Positions 1-12,930 are shown, counted from the first letter of the stretch. The stretch is DNA of 64,000 bases from Podarcis muralis (GCF_964188315.1 NC_135659.1:77438001-77502000); one strand, 5' to 3'. Translations and numbers: made by a program. The notes: generated by a model not told the origin, from the sequence alone.

Positions 1-2469
1 TGGTATAGCTAAAGATAAGCTCAGAGCAAAGTTCAAGACTCTCATCATGCAGATGATCAAGTCAGCCCCAATATTTTTAAGGGTCAGCAAACCATTCCAA
101 AATGCAAAGCTTAATGAGTGGCTTTGGTAAATTCACCCTGTCTCAGTTCCACATTTTGTCAATTATTGATGTTACCAAAGTAATTATCATAACTATCTGG
201 TATGTAATACACATTTTCCCACCTCAGTGCCAGGATCTGCTGAGCAGGTTCCCCACGTGGCGAGTTATCAAAACTTCATATTGCAACATCATCATGTAAG
301 TGAAGTATTTCAAGGTTGTGAACTGGCCCTGCCCACTTAAACTGGGCACCGGGATCTCACTGGCAGAAAGGATTCCTCTTTGGAGTTGGAACTTCCATGG
401 CTCCTGGCTTGACCCCCTGATCTTGACTTTGTGGCTTAACTCTTGATTCCCAGTTTGCCTCTAACATTCAAAATACTCATTTGTGATATATTAGCATTTT
501 CCTTTAAGGCTCTTCTGCAGCTCAGGGGGTGAAATGTGATGCTGCAAGGTTTTGTGCAGGAACTGACTGGGTTAAGCAAGCCAGGTGCCAAAAGTTAGAT
601 GCTTTGTACGTGCACAAGAAAAAGTTCCTTACTGTTAGTCAAGCTGACACTCTTGTTGATTGCTGTGCAAGTACATGACCAGGCCACCTGACCAAACACC
701 CTTTTGTGTTGATAGAAAATACTTTCTCCATTTTGGTCCCTTCTCTCAAATGTTCTTTGCAAATGTGTTACGTGATTGCTGGCTCCATCCACATTTTCGA
801 TCCTCTCTTGTTCCTGAGAATCCACATATAGGGTAACAGACAACACTATAAATGTGTGAACCAGGAGGCAATCCTCAGAAAGCAGATGAGTTTCTGAATG
901 CTCAGCAGGGAAACTTGCAAGTACTAAGCTGGCAGAATTCAAGTTGAGCCAAGGGGAGATCTCCTCCAATGGAAATAATGATGACCAACCTTAGAGAGTT
1001 CTTGTGGTGATGACTAAATCCCACATTCATCCAAGCCATCCCTGAGAACAACTGTGTAAAAGTTCCCACATCCCTAAATATCTTTCTGATCAATTAAAAA
1101 TACTTTGCCAAGGGTGTTCTCACCAAGATGGGATTACAAACACCTGGGGAAGTTTCTCTTCAGTAGACCAATGACAACAGTTGACCACACAACTTTTTTT
1201 TTTAAAAAAAAGTTGCATTAATGGTTGTGTGGTTCACTGGTTGGTGCCCTGCAGAGTCCCTAAACCACAGATGATCGTACATCTGTGTCCCAAACACCAG
1301 TCTGTTCTCCATAAATCCAGCTTCTAATGGTAATGTGTGATTCAAATCCCTAATTTTGAAGGGTTCTAAAACACACATGAAACCTCCATCAGTAGAGGAG
1401 GTTCCCTGCTTCAGAGTTTGCCGTTCAACTCATGGAGAGTGATAGTCACAGCAATGCAGGACTGGATCTTAGCATGCTCATCCTTGCTTACTTTGCTCAC
1501 GCATAAAGGCTACACACGAACTACATACCCATTAGGACTAAAGTTTGTTACAGGTCTCTCTAAGGGGATAATTGCCAAGACAGGCACAACCTCCTCTCTG
1601 GTTCTTTCCAAACTACTTTTTGGCTGCATCAGGAAGTTGGAAAACTCACCTTTCCATACAAGCATCATGCCCAAATATTTTAGAAGAAAAATGGGACAGA
1701 AGAACCAATGGTCAGCAAGCTAGATCTGTGTTCTAGTTTCCGCAACTGATTTTATTTTGCAAAAGCAAGTTGCTTCTTCTCAGAGTTGCAGGCTTTCTCT
1801 GTATGTCAAGCTGGCACACTGGTAATGCTAATACATGTAAAGTACCTTGTCCATGTGTAGAAAAATGCATTCGTCTTCTGTCTTTCTCTCTTCTCAGTCT
1901 GCTGCTGTAAAGTCATCAGCAATGTTGCATGCTGGGAAGGTGGTTGCCTTTTGCCTACAAACCTACTTTCAGATTCAATTAGGGATCCTCTCAACTGCCT
2001 AAAGAAAACTCTAGGGGAGATTCAGACTGAATTCTGTTGATGAGACAGGGAAATGAACATGTCTGCCTTCATTCAAATGGAGAATTTCACATTTCAACCT
2101 CATGTATAAATTGTGCTGTAGTGTTCCTAGCCTATTTCATGGAAGAAACAGGGTGAGAATTTGTTTCACTTTCAGTTCAAGTTCATGGTCATCCTTGAAG
2201 CATAAAATCATAACAAACATAAAAACGGTAGAGAGAGAGAAATATTGTGATGCTGTAATATTCTCTCCTCTCCATGTAAAAGAATCAAATAGTTTTCGAT
2301 TCAACCTGTTACTAGCTAGCATAGCAGCACATGGGACAAGCATGTGCACTATATTCTGAACAAGCTACCTGAACTGAGATAGTTACAATCTCAATTTAGT
2401 CACAAGACAGGGACGAGACTGGTTGGAGTACAGATATTTTACTACTACTAATACTACCTCTTACTGCTA

Positions 2470-2620
2470 GATTGGTTTATATCTCATCCTTCTGTCAAAG
2501 AGCTCAGGCCACCATACATAGGATTATTCAGCTAACAACATTTCTGTAAGGTAGGTGAGACAGAAACTGGCTCAAGGTCACCCAGTGAGTTGGGATATGA
2601 ACTCCCATCTCTTTGATCCA
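2470..2620 (-). mobile_element. Old MIR/CORE-type SINE remnant
   Basis: AACAACATTTCTGTAAGGTAGG...GGCTCAAGGTCACCCAG...GGATATGAACTC resembles the reverse complement of the MIR core; heavily diverged. Confidence 0.4.
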
Positions 2621-4211
2621 ATATTTTCCTCCCATTTGATTCATGACTGTGTATTAGTATAGAACTGGGATGTATCGAGTGGAAATTTCTGATTTAGAAA
2701 ATCTTAGTGGGTACTGAGAAGGCTCAGGAATCCCCCAAAGCAGACATTTTATGTGTCCCCAGCTCAAGTTGGCCCTTGTTACACAATAAATCATTTTGTT
2801 TCTCCTAGGATGTACAACCTGATTTCCTCCCCCCCCCCTCGTTTTAATATTGAGGCTGTAAAATGTGACTACTGATCCCATCACCATTTGACCATTCCTT
2901 ATTAAACACCTTCAGTTTCAATCACTGTATTTCATTTTGGCTGGTTCCAAGAGGATATTATTTTTAGCTCCAAAGGGTTAAAGAGGAAGGGAAATGTGCC
3001 AAATTTGGGTTGTTAGGCAGTAGAGAGAGGAAGAAACTCGGGGGGGGGGGTCAGCATTCTATTCCACAATAAAGAAGAGAGCAACTCACTGGGATCAAGA
3101 CTTGACCGGAGCCACAAAGTTCACTTAATTAATGGAGGTCTTTATGGCTGAATCGCATGGCTTGGCATTAAATGAAAACTTGTGCATTTATATTAGTAGT
3201 TTGGTAAGGAAATATCAAAAACTATAGATTCTGTTCAAGACTGTTGCAAGGTTTAACTGGCTAAGCACGCAGATGAAGTGCTTTCTTTTGAATGGCCTGA
3301 CCCTCTTCCCCTTCCCCCACCCATGCCTTGCCTAAGCATGGTAATAAATGGTATACTAGCACAATCCCGATTAGGGGGCCAGGAGGTTAATCTCTGGGTC
3401 TCTATCTGATAAAGTCTGTATCCAGACACTGTACTACACTGCCTATTGAGAATCTTGGAGATTGCTGGTTATTTAGTGTCGGCGTTGGATTGAGGTGTAC
3501 AGTCTGCAGTCCTGGCTCAAACGATGCGATCAATCTAAGTCAGCTTTGCTCTTTTCTTATTCCATTTTGCTCTGTCCTCCCCTCCCCTCCTCCTCTCCTC
3601 TGTTCCAGTGATTAAAGATGCAGTATCCCAAGCCATTTACTGACAGTGCAGAACACTGTCTGAGGCAAGGCCAGTCTGTCATGTTAGACAGTCTGGAGGA
3701 AAAGAGAAGAGAAAGAAAACTCTTACTTACACAAACCATTAAGCCCTTTAGACTTAATTCATGCGGGGGGGGGGGGAGAAGCCCCCTGAAAAGAGGCTTC
3801 ATTTTATTGCACAGCTTTTCATGTAGTTAATAGATTTGTCGTCTTTGCATCCCATAGGGCAGAAATTGTTTCGAGCCTGCACATCAATGCATCAGGAAAG
3901 ATGTTGCAATTTTATTCATAAATCTTACGTCTGGCTTTATTTCAAATGGAATAGGGTAGTAGAAGATCAACACTAACTGTGGCATGAGGCCTAGGTTGGG
4001 GTTCCCATCAACTCCATGGCAAAATCCCCTCCTAGGCTGAGACGCCGTCTGTTTTCTGAAGATTGACTCTCTTTTTCTGGCAGTGCCACAGCTTCAGAGA
4101 TATTTTTATATGATGAATGATCTTGAAGTAGCACCTCTCAGTGTTTTCACTCTGATCAGAAGACATACAGGCTGGGATTCAGAAATCCAATAGCCTCCAT
4201 TTGCATGGAAC

Positions 4212-4450
4212 TCAGGAAGGAGGAGTGGATTCTATTTAGTTCACATTTTAATGCTAACCTAGCTGATTTGCACTTTCCAAAACAATGGATGAACCAAAAT
4301 GCTGCTCTCTTTTCAAATGTGCACTTTTCTAAATTTAGTCCTAAAGTTATCCAACCTAACAAAATGTGTACAAAATGCCCATAAGGTACATAAACTGCAT
4401 ATTTTAGTGAAAACGACATACACATAAATTGTGCAGAGATGGAGAAGAAG
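4212..4450 (+). mobile_element. hAT-type non-autonomous element (TAGGGATGGG-terminal family), 5' partial copy
   Basis: Colinear similarity to the fuller copies at 42917, 45441 and 53820. Confidence 0.55.
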
Positions 4451-4454
4451 CAGC

Positions 4455-4575
4455 CCTCCACATGTTGTTGGATTATTGACCATTAGACTAATGCCTATTG
4501 CCCATGCTGGCTGGGACTGATGGGGTTTGGGATTCTATCAACATCAGGAAGGCCACAGGTTACTCAGCCCAGGTT
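4455..4575. mobile_element. Diverged short (~140 bp) hAT MITE
   Basis: CATGCTGGCTGGGACTGATGGG...ACATCAGGAAGGCCACAGGTT is related to the younger short MITEs at 49807 and 50527. Confidence 0.45.
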
Positions 4576-4639
4576 TAGTACTCTGCACTATAGTGCTCTA
4601 TTCACATCTATCCTACATATCAGACACTATGTATGTGTC

Positions 4640-4870
4640 TTTGCAAATGCAGCCAGTTAGATGTTATTATTACAGACCAAAAAAGACACATTGCAATACA
4701 TAAAATACAAAATTGCAGCCAAGTATTACAAAATTGCAAGCTAAGAAATAACAAGAATCAACATAGCAGGTCTAAGAGACACAGCAGTCTTCAGATACTT
4801 TGTCAGATAGTCAGTAACAAATGTATTGGTCCCCTCAAGGAAGGTATTCAGAAGCGTGTCTTAAGATCTA
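4640..4870 (-). mobile_element. Possible old LINE 3' end remnant
   Basis: Minus frame reads DTLLNTFLEGTNTFVTDYLTKYLKTAVSLR, resembling LINE ORF2 C-terminal helices, followed by an AT-rich UTR-like tract; family not assigned. Confidence 0.25.
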
Positions 4871-5281
4871 GAGACATAACTATATAAACCTATGTAAGTA
4901 CAGGAAATAAATAAGATTTTTTAATTTGTCTGGATTGCTTCTCTATTTTTTATAACATTGAAAGCCAGGAACACCAAGACATTCAAACTGGATGTAATTG
5001 ACCCCAGTGCCCATCTGAAACAGTAGTGATCAACCCAGGAATCAACACATTCCCTATTGTCAATTACAGATGTCAGTCATGCTGATTCAGCTGGCCTGAA
5101 ATAACTTTCTGACCGAAAGCACCCTTTAAGAAAAGAGGGAAAGGTTCAGACATTAAGGTTTTAATAATTATAACAAAATTAGGAAACTGAGAGATCAGTC
5201 AGCCTTTGTCTAGCATGCTGGAAGCCTGAATCCTAATCCCCACAGTGATATAGCCCCTTTAAAAATGAATTGATAATAGGT

Positions 5282-5589
5282 AAGGAAATCAGCCCTGAGT
5301 GCTCACTGGAAGGACAGATCGTGAAGCTGAGGCTCCAATACTTTGGCCACCTCATGATAAGAGAAGACTCCCTGGAAAAGACCCTGATGTTGGGAAAGAT
5401 GGAGGGCACAAGGAGAAGGGGACGACAGAGAATGAGATGGTTGGATGGTGTTCTCGAAGCTACCAGCATGAATTTGATCAAACTGCGGGAGGCAGTGGAG
5501 GACAGAAGTGCCTGGCGTGCTCCGGTCCATGGGGGTCACGAAGAGTCGGACACGACTAAATGACTAAACAACAACAACAACAACAACAA
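5282..5589 (+). mobile_element. Bov-B (RTE-clade) LINE, 5'-truncated 3' end
   Basis: Translation EISPECSLEGQIVKLRLQYFGHLMIREDSLEKTLMLGKMEGTRRRGRQRMRWLD is the Bov-B ORF C-terminus; ends GAGTCGGACACGACT plus (CAA)n tail. Confidence 0.95.
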
Positions 5590-6070
5590 AATAACTGTTC
5601 ATTGCTGAAGGAAAAGTAGAACCTGGCATGTTTCAGGATCACAACCCAAACCTTTGATGGCCTTGCCTTGGTTTATCTAGTTTTCTGTAGACTTTGCTGG
5701 AGATGATGGCATCCAGAGAGGAGGTAGAGTAGAAAATGGGCAGGAGGACCCTATGTCTTTATTGATGCAATGGTATTCGAGGCAGGGGGTGATAATGCTG
5801 AGCACTGCAGGCTATCCCTACTTCCAACATTCCCCCATGAAGCTTGCAAGTGAGGGTGCGCAATTGGGCACCAGCAGTTTATGATCTGCTGCATCTCCAT
5901 ACCGGCTACGATGGGATACCTAGAAAAAAGGAAAGTGTTTGGCATTACCCACGGTCAGATTTTCACAGAGACCTCTTGTATGGTGGCATGGCCATTTCAT
6001 TTGGAAGAACCCTCACATGGTGAGATCTGGTATGTATCATGCCAAGGCAAACTTGTAGCTTCTCAAAAAA

Positions 6071-6630
6071 AATCATAGAATTGTAGAGTTGGGAGGGATC
6101 TTGAGGGTCACCTAGTCCAACCCACTGCAATGCAGGAATCTCAGTTAAAGCATCCATGACAGATGGCCATCCAAACTCTGTTTAAATACTTCCAGTGAAG
6201 GACAGACCACCACTTTCCAAGGGAGTCTGTTCCACTGTCAAACAGCTCTTTCCATCAGAAAGTTCTGCCTCATCAGAATTTCCTTTCTTGTAACTTGAAA
6301 CCATTGGTTCAAGTCCTACCCTCCAGAGCAGGAGAAAACAAGTTTGCTCCATCTTCCATGTGGCAGCCCCCCCTTGAGATATTTGAAGATGGCTTTCATC
6401 TCTCCTCTCAGTCTCCTCTTTTCTAGACTAAACATACCCAACTCCCTCAACTGTTCCTCATAAGGTTTGGTTTCCAGACCCTTGATCTTTTTGATCACCA
6501 TCTTCTGCACACGTTCCTGCTTGCCAATATCTTTCTTAAACTGTGGTGCCCAGAAGTGGACACAGTACTCCAGGTGTGGTCTGACCAAAGCAGAATAGAG
6601 TGGTACTATTATTTCTTTTGATCTGGACTT
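6071..6630 (-). mobile_element. CR1 LINE 3' fragment (~560 bp)
   Basis: ORF2 C-terminal motif [26 protein letters not shown]...[11 protein letters not shown]-like; 3' end ATTCTATGATT, typical of CR1. Confidence 0.93.
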
Positions 6631-6789
6631 CTTGTATCTGGTTTCTGTGGGGAGGAGAGACATTCACATGAAATGCTTACCACATGGAACTGGGGTTGTA
6701 AAACCACCTCACTGTAAGTTTACTGTGGCAAAAATGGCAAATTGCGAGAAAGCATATATCACTGCTACATGTTTCAACCCGAAGAATGG

Positions 6790-6794
6790 TCTCC

Positions 6795-6829
<35 letters not shown>

Positions 6830-6835
6830 CCCTAA
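6790..6835 (+). other. Poly(A) tract flanked by a 9-bp direct repeat
   Basis: TCTCCCTAA (6790-6798), A-run 6797-6826, TCTCCCTAA (6827-6835). Confidence 0.8.
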
Positions 6836-7339
6836 TAACTGACTAGGAGTTCATTGCTTTAGGTTTGTTTTTGCTTTTATCGCTGGGGAAATGTTGCGGT
6901 CTTCTGTGTTTACACAGCTAAAACATTACAAAGTGCTATTTGGAGTAGACGTTTAGCTTGTGAGCCCAAGCTGGAAACCACCAGCAACGAAGCCACATTT
7001 AATACTGGCTTGGTGATCTATACTATAAACCTGCTGTTCGAAAGAAAAATAAAAGTTATGCTTCAACATGTGTATGTTCTCCATATGCATCATTCAAGAC
7101 TGGGATTTCCTAGTGTGCTGCCGATCTGGAAGGCAAAATATTGGGGCTTATTAAAAAACAATGAATCCTGCCTATGTGTTGTTTATTTTCTTTAGGGTTT
7201 TTTTGTTATTATTATTATGGTTCTTGCTTAGCACGACATCTTCCATCTGAGAAATCCATTAGCGCTGGAAAGATTGGGTAGTTTCATTTCACTGGAAAGG
7301 AGATGTGTTTGCTTTCTTTGGACAGCCACGGGCTGTAAG

Positions 7340-7341
<2 letters not shown>

Positions 7342-7370
<29 letters not shown>
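7342..7370. repeat. (TA)n microsatellite
   Basis: Direct reading. Confidence 0.95.
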
Positions 7371-7376
<6 letters not shown>

Positions 7377-7908
7377 AAATAAGATGAAACTCCAAAACCC
7401 CAAGCTTGGGCTTCTCTCCATAAAGCCTCCTGCAAGATTTATGTGTGTTCATGAGTGAGCATGGTGTGGTGCGATCCTTGAGCCATATCCACATAAAAAT
7501 TTTTGAAGCCTCAGATATGTGACCTTAAGATATCCGGACAGCCCCTGTTTGTTCACAGCGTATGCATAGGAAATTGCAGGGCAAATAAGTATTGAAGCCC
7601 ACATGCAGGAAGGTGTGATGCTGGTGACAGAAGCCTCATGACAGACTGTCCCTCCAGAACTGCCTTTCACATATCCATTGGCATGTTAACACACAGAACT
7701 GTTGATGAGGCACAGCTCACAGATAACCGTGGCCATATTAAATCACACCCAATCACATCAAAAATGGTGTCAGAAGTCCTCTGTGTAAATAAAAGAACAT
7801 TTAAAACATCTAGAACAACCCATATACTGATTCTATGTCTCCCTGTAATCTGCCGACCATTCTGAAATTTGGACAATGCCAAATCGAAGCAATAATATGG
7901 ACCTGTGA

Positions 7909-8284
7909 AAAGGTAAAGGAAAAAAAGGTCAAGAACCCCTGGACATTGGGGCGACTATGGGGTTGCAGCGCTCATCTCGCTCTCAAGCCGAGGGAGCCAG
8001 CATGTCCACAGACAGCTTTCCGGGTCATGTGGCCAGCATGACCAAACCGCTTCTGGCAAACAGAACACCATGATGGAAACAAGAGCGTGCGGAAACACCA
8101 TTTAGCTTCCCGCCGGAGTGGTACCTATTTATCTACTTTCACTGGTGTGCTTTCGAACTGCTAGGTTGGCAGGAGCTGGGACAGAGCAACAGGAGCTCAC
8201 CTCATCACGGGCATTTGAACCGTCAACCTTCCAATCGGCAAGCCCAAGGGGCTCAGTGGTTTAGACCACAGCGCCACCCATGTC
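7909..8284 (-). mobile_element. Sauria SINE (Squam1)
   Basis: Reverse complement has the tRNA-related head (GGGTGGCGCTGTGGTCTAAACC...GGTTCAAAT), central GTAGATAAATAGGTACC and an ACCTTT tail. Confidence 0.93.
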
Positions 8285-9581
8285 TTGCACTTGCAGGACC
8301 CATGCCATTAGCATTCTTAGCCCTCACTCACATTTCAGGAACAAACCCTTAAGCGCAAGTTCGGGGGGGGGGGGGGTTGTGAGTCAACAAAGCAAACATT
8401 GATGCAGATGTTTTTAAAGAAAAACAAAACGGGGGTAATATGGTGGTTGAGAAAGCATTATTCTGGGACCCCTGCCCTCATCTGCTATGTGTGCAGTGCA
8501 GCTGAGAGCCTGGTGGGAAACCAAGCAACATATCAACATCTGTCAGAGTTTGTGCTCTATTGACAGAGATGCTGACCAGCAAACATATTAAAGTGTGGAG
8601 AGAGAGAAAGAGAGAACGAATAGGCATTTCCCAGTACAAACATGAACTTCAGATGTAATTTCCCCATAACTTCTCCATTTGCACTGCTGGTCAGGAATGG
8701 GAAAACCTGAACTGTCCCATAACATGTGGGGTTTGTTTGGTTTGGTTCACTGAGCAGCTGACCCTCAGAAAGTGTGACTTATAGGCAGTTGCACATAAAC
8801 CACTTCAGGTGCAGGAGGAGGAGGAGGTTGTGATTGATGCCAGGAACTTGCTGAGCTGAGGTGAAAACTGTTTGCATAACTCAATGTGGCGTGACGTATA
8901 AGCCCTTCCAGTTACAAGGTGCTAGCGCAGCCCCTGGCATAAAGGCTGTACTTTCCTAGGTTAAGAGGGTTGAAGCATGATTGGGAAGGTTGTTGTCTTC
9001 CTCTGGCTTCATCAGTACACTTGAAACATGAGGTACTTGCCTCCGTAACAGTGCAATTGTACACAATCCCAACACCATTGGTAATACTGCAATGCCTTTT
9101 CCATAATTTGGGTGATTTATACAGACACAATCATAAAGTTCTTTCAGTGATCATTATTTCCACCCCTGTAACTTAACAGAAATCAAGGGGAAAGACAGAA
9201 AAGGAAAATACATGTATAATCTCTTTCTATCTCAAAACACAACAAAACCCTCTAACATTACTTTAATAAGCTTACATGGCAGCTTACAACATAGAAGTCC
9301 AGTGTTTAAAAATGAAATGAACAAAAATAACACCTCATAAATGTATAGTAAACAAATTAGGGAGTCCCGAGGCACAATGGAGGGGGGAATAAATTGTTGA
9401 GGGAATTTACTATGACCCAACACAAAATATAATGCCAGGTTTCTGAGCTCTGGTGATAGATGAGTCTCTTTCTAATATGATGATTCGCAATTTGGAAGCA
9501 TTGCCTATTCTGTCTGAATTATGCCTGGGCCTTCCTCATCCAGTGATTGCTCTGGCTGCAAGAGCCACGATGCACACATTA

Positions 9582-9680
9582 AGGATGGGTAAGAAATTAA
9601 TTTGGCTTGCATTGTAATTGAAGCCAACCTAATTCCCATTTCCGAATTTGAACTGAAACACAGCTACACTTCAAAACTAT
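9582..9680 (+). mobile_element. hAT-type TAGGGATGGG-family 5' fragment
   Basis: AAGGATGGGTAAGAAATTAATTTGG...GAACTGAAACACAGCTA matches the left end of the 42917 and 45441 copies. Confidence 0.45.
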
Positions 9681-10272
9681 AATTCCCAGGATGCTTTTTT
9701 TTGGGGGGGGGGACATAGCTATGGAATGCCACAACAGTGGTCTAAATTTATGGCGTGCATGTGCCCCCTTCCATGCTGCTTCACAAAAAAATATTAAGAA
9801 TTGTACCTTAAAATGATGATTTTATATACAGTTAAACTCAGTACAGATAACCACTGCAGCAGCTAAAAATACAGTGTGTCCTTTGATTAAGATGGAGCTG
9901 GGGGCGGGACATCCGCAGAGGCACAAATTGCAGCTAATTCTTAGAAGAATCTGCTGAACTGTAAGGGGTGCTGGGCAGTGGACCAGGCTTTGCCGAGAGG
10001 TGATGGGGATTTAAGCAGAGGCCATAGTTCCTCCTGCATGGCAGGACCTGCATTAAGCAGAGCAGCAGATGATCTCCAGGGACCCAGCCCTGAAACTTTA
10101 TGATTCTCTAATGCAAACCAAAGGAGGTGCATTGGCAACACTCATTAAACCATACAAATACATGATCAAATGAAATACTTCTCAGACGTGGTTGGGAAAG
10201 ATCAGGGGGTCACAAGTATTACGCATGAAGCATGCTCATGGATCAAATGTAACAAGTAAAGGTGTGGTTATA

Positions 10273-10504
10273 CAGTGGTACCTCGGGTTATAGACGCTTC
10301 AGGTTACATACACTTCAGGTTACAGACTCCACTAACCCAGAAATAGTACCTCGGGTTAAGAACTTTGCTTCAGGATGAGAACAGAAATCACGAGGCAGTG
10401 GCACGGTGGCAGTGAGAGCTAAAGTAGTACGTCAGGTTAAGAACAGTTTCAGGTTAAGAACGGACCTCCAGAACGAATTAAGTTCTTAACCTGAGGTACC
10501 ACTG
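10273..10504. mobile_element. Tc1/mariner (Tigger/pogo-like) MITE, subfamily a
   Basis: TIRs CAGTGGTACCTCGGGTTA / TAACCTGAGGTACCACTG, TA dinucleotide on both sides, repeated CAGGTTA motifs. Confidence 0.9.
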
Positions 10505-11098
10505 TATTCCTGGAGCATAATCTACCCAGAACTTCTCCAGCACAAGCCACTTTTTAAATGATCAGGAGTCGCGATGCTTTTCTACAACTCTATTTCAAGA
10601 TGGTCAATTATGCAAATCTTCATGATAGATTGTGACGATAAGGTGCATAATCTATAGATCTCATTTTGAAGAGAAAAAGATGGATCCATGAAGAGGCAGG
10701 AAATGTTGGTAAGCCACAGATTGACTACCATTCTTTAAATGCAATGCATAGTCTGATGGGTTTATCCTGGCAAACAAACTGGTCTCTGGATGCTGCCAAC
10801 TTTGCTGTATTCAGATTTTGTTTACATGCATTTTTGTTCCAGTTTCTATTTACTACAGTATGTTAAATTAAGCAGGCTCAATTATATTAATTGCTCCATA
10901 TGAATTGGGACAGCTACAATGTTTGAAGGTTGAAAAGGACCAAAATTGCCCGTGACAAGAGGTTGCCAAGCAAGGATTGTTTGTAAAAAAGAGAAGTGGC
11001 AGGAAATCCTTGGTCAATGGAGAACTTAGGAAAGGAAGAAATATCTGAGGGACCCTGAAGAAACATGATGTGAAACATACCTAACAACATTTGACTAC

Positions 11099-11179
11099 CA
11101 GCTGTGCTATCTAAGCACGTCAGCTCAGAATTAAGCCCTGCTGGACTTCAGCTGGTAAGTGCATTTACCGTTGCAGCCC
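11099..11179. mobile_element. Short palindromic MITE-like repeat, diverged
   Basis: Related to the copies at 27997 and 61811 (CTCAGAA-TAAG-CCC...GGTAAGTG...TTGCAGCC). Confidence 0.4.
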
Positions 11180-11816
11180 AGATGAAGCATTATTTATACA
11201 GGGATGTATAATTTAATGTCCTCTGGCTGCATGCAGTCCTCCAGTCTTCTCCATCTGCCCCAGGCCACACCCATTGCCAGCTCAGCTCTGCATTGCCCTT
11301 ACTTGCTTTTGGCTAGTTGGAGTATGTCATTAAACTGTGATAATGCATCTTCCTTGTCTAGATGGAGGTCAGAGAGATGTATCTGGGTGGAAGTGAAGAA
11401 ATCTCTAGCTTTCATGGCCTACTATACAGGCCTACTATACAAAGGTAAGTCACATCCTTTGCTCCAGTCACATTTTGCTTCCAGTTGTTGGACTGTGACC
11501 CCAGACTGGAAAATATTCCCCACCCGATTGTGAACATCTCTGAAGCACATTAGCCAAAGGTATCAGTCTTGCATTCTGGGTACCATTTCCTCAAAGAGCA
11601 ACATTGGAATATCTCATTTATTTCCAGGAGTCCATCATTTCCATCATTACAATGCCATTAAAGAAACATCCTAGTCAACTTCAGACAGGGCCCACCCTAC
11701 CATTAGGCAGAGTGAAGCAACCACCTCAAGCTTTGCCTTACCATACCCACCTTTGCCTCACATTTAGGAGCCTAACCTATGATTTGACAGTAACCAGGAG
11801 GGATGGGCTCTATTGT

Positions 11817-11947
11817 GCAGGTATAGAACCTGTAGCCCTTCAGAAGTTGCTAGACTGCAACTCCCATCATGCCTATTGGTCATGCTGGTTGGGGCTGATG
11901 GGGACCAACATTATCTTAGAATGTCACAATCCTGCTCCATAACCCTG
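11817..11947. mobile_element. Diverged short hAT MITE
   Basis: CAACTCCCATCAT...CATGCTGGTTGGGGCTGATGGG core shared with the 4455 copy and related to 49807 and 50527. Confidence 0.5.
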
Positions 11948-12930
11948 CTCTAGAAACTCCCAAGAAGAACATGAGAACAACCAAGGATAACCCCCATACT
12001 GACCGTGCATCATGGGGGCTGATTTTATTGTGCCGGCCAGCATAATTTTCGAAGGGGCCTAAGCCCCAATCCTGTTTCTTCAGGTTCAATCTCTATTCTT
12101 TAGTTCCTTCCTGAACAGCTTAATGAAGACTTAAGCGCTCCGTCTCGGTGGCAGTGATGTAAAACGGCTGCTTATTGCCTGTTCCATCTCGGTGACTTTT
12201 ATTGTGATACTTAAACCAAAATGGTGAACTATTACACTTCATAGCCTGCAAATAAAAGTGGAATGTTAAAAAGGAGAGGCAGTAACCTCCGATCCAGCCA
12301 AAATGGCCCCTAATGTCTCAGGCTCGTAATCTTGAGACAATTTTACACAGTTCAAAAGGGTCCAAGAACACAGGCACGCTCAGAATGTGATTCCCTTTAA
12401 CTGCAACAATGAAGTGCTTTTTATTCTTCTTGCGTTGGAAGACACTGGATCATAATTCTAATGGGTGGGGGACATTATCGTTTCAGGGAATTAGTGATGC
12501 TATCTGTGAATTATGAGAGTAGTCTTCCAACGTGTTTATACACCCATCTCAGCCTGTCAATCCCATCTCACTCCCCTAACTCAAAAGCCAAATACCTTCC
12601 AATTCCTTTAATCCCTTAATGTAGTTTATGTTGTAGATTTGTACTTATTGTAAGGCATAGAAAAGTGGGCAGGAGGGAGAGAGGGACTGGCCAAGTTTGA
12701 TCTTTTAATTTAAAATGGGATTTATAAAACATAGTCTTTGGTCTGTTTTATCCATGATTTTTGTGCCTCGCTCAAGAAAGATTGGACAGGGAAAACAAGT
12801 ATCCAAAAATAAATGTTATATATATTTAACTGCCCAGATTGAATACTGGACTTCTTTTGCCATCAAATTCTAAGGTTTGGTTTTGGGAAATGTATGGTGT
12901 ATGCACAGCCTCAAGTCAAAGGTGAATTTA

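Noticed and set aside
595-969. 124-aa minus-strand ORF and neighbouring ORFs in 1-2400 as a gene or endogenous viral element
   Set aside because: No recognisable domain or viral motif in any frame I translated; length is within chance expectation
1645-1700. FLLKYLGMMLVWKGE on the minus strand resembles the LDLRAP1 PTB motif FSLKYLGMTLV
   Set aside because: Similarity is limited to about 9 residues, flanks do not match, there is no proper acceptor, and no other LDLRAP1-like exon occurs
421-3125. Weak inverted similarity between 425-465 and 3085-3125 (CTTTGTGGCT...TCTTGAT.CCCAGT) as ends of one large element
   Set aside because: Only two short gapped matches; no terminal structure, TSD or coding remnant between them
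5233-5563. Overlapping ORFs at 5233-5563 and 24298-24685 as genes
   Set aside because: They are sense and antisense frames of Bov-B fragments
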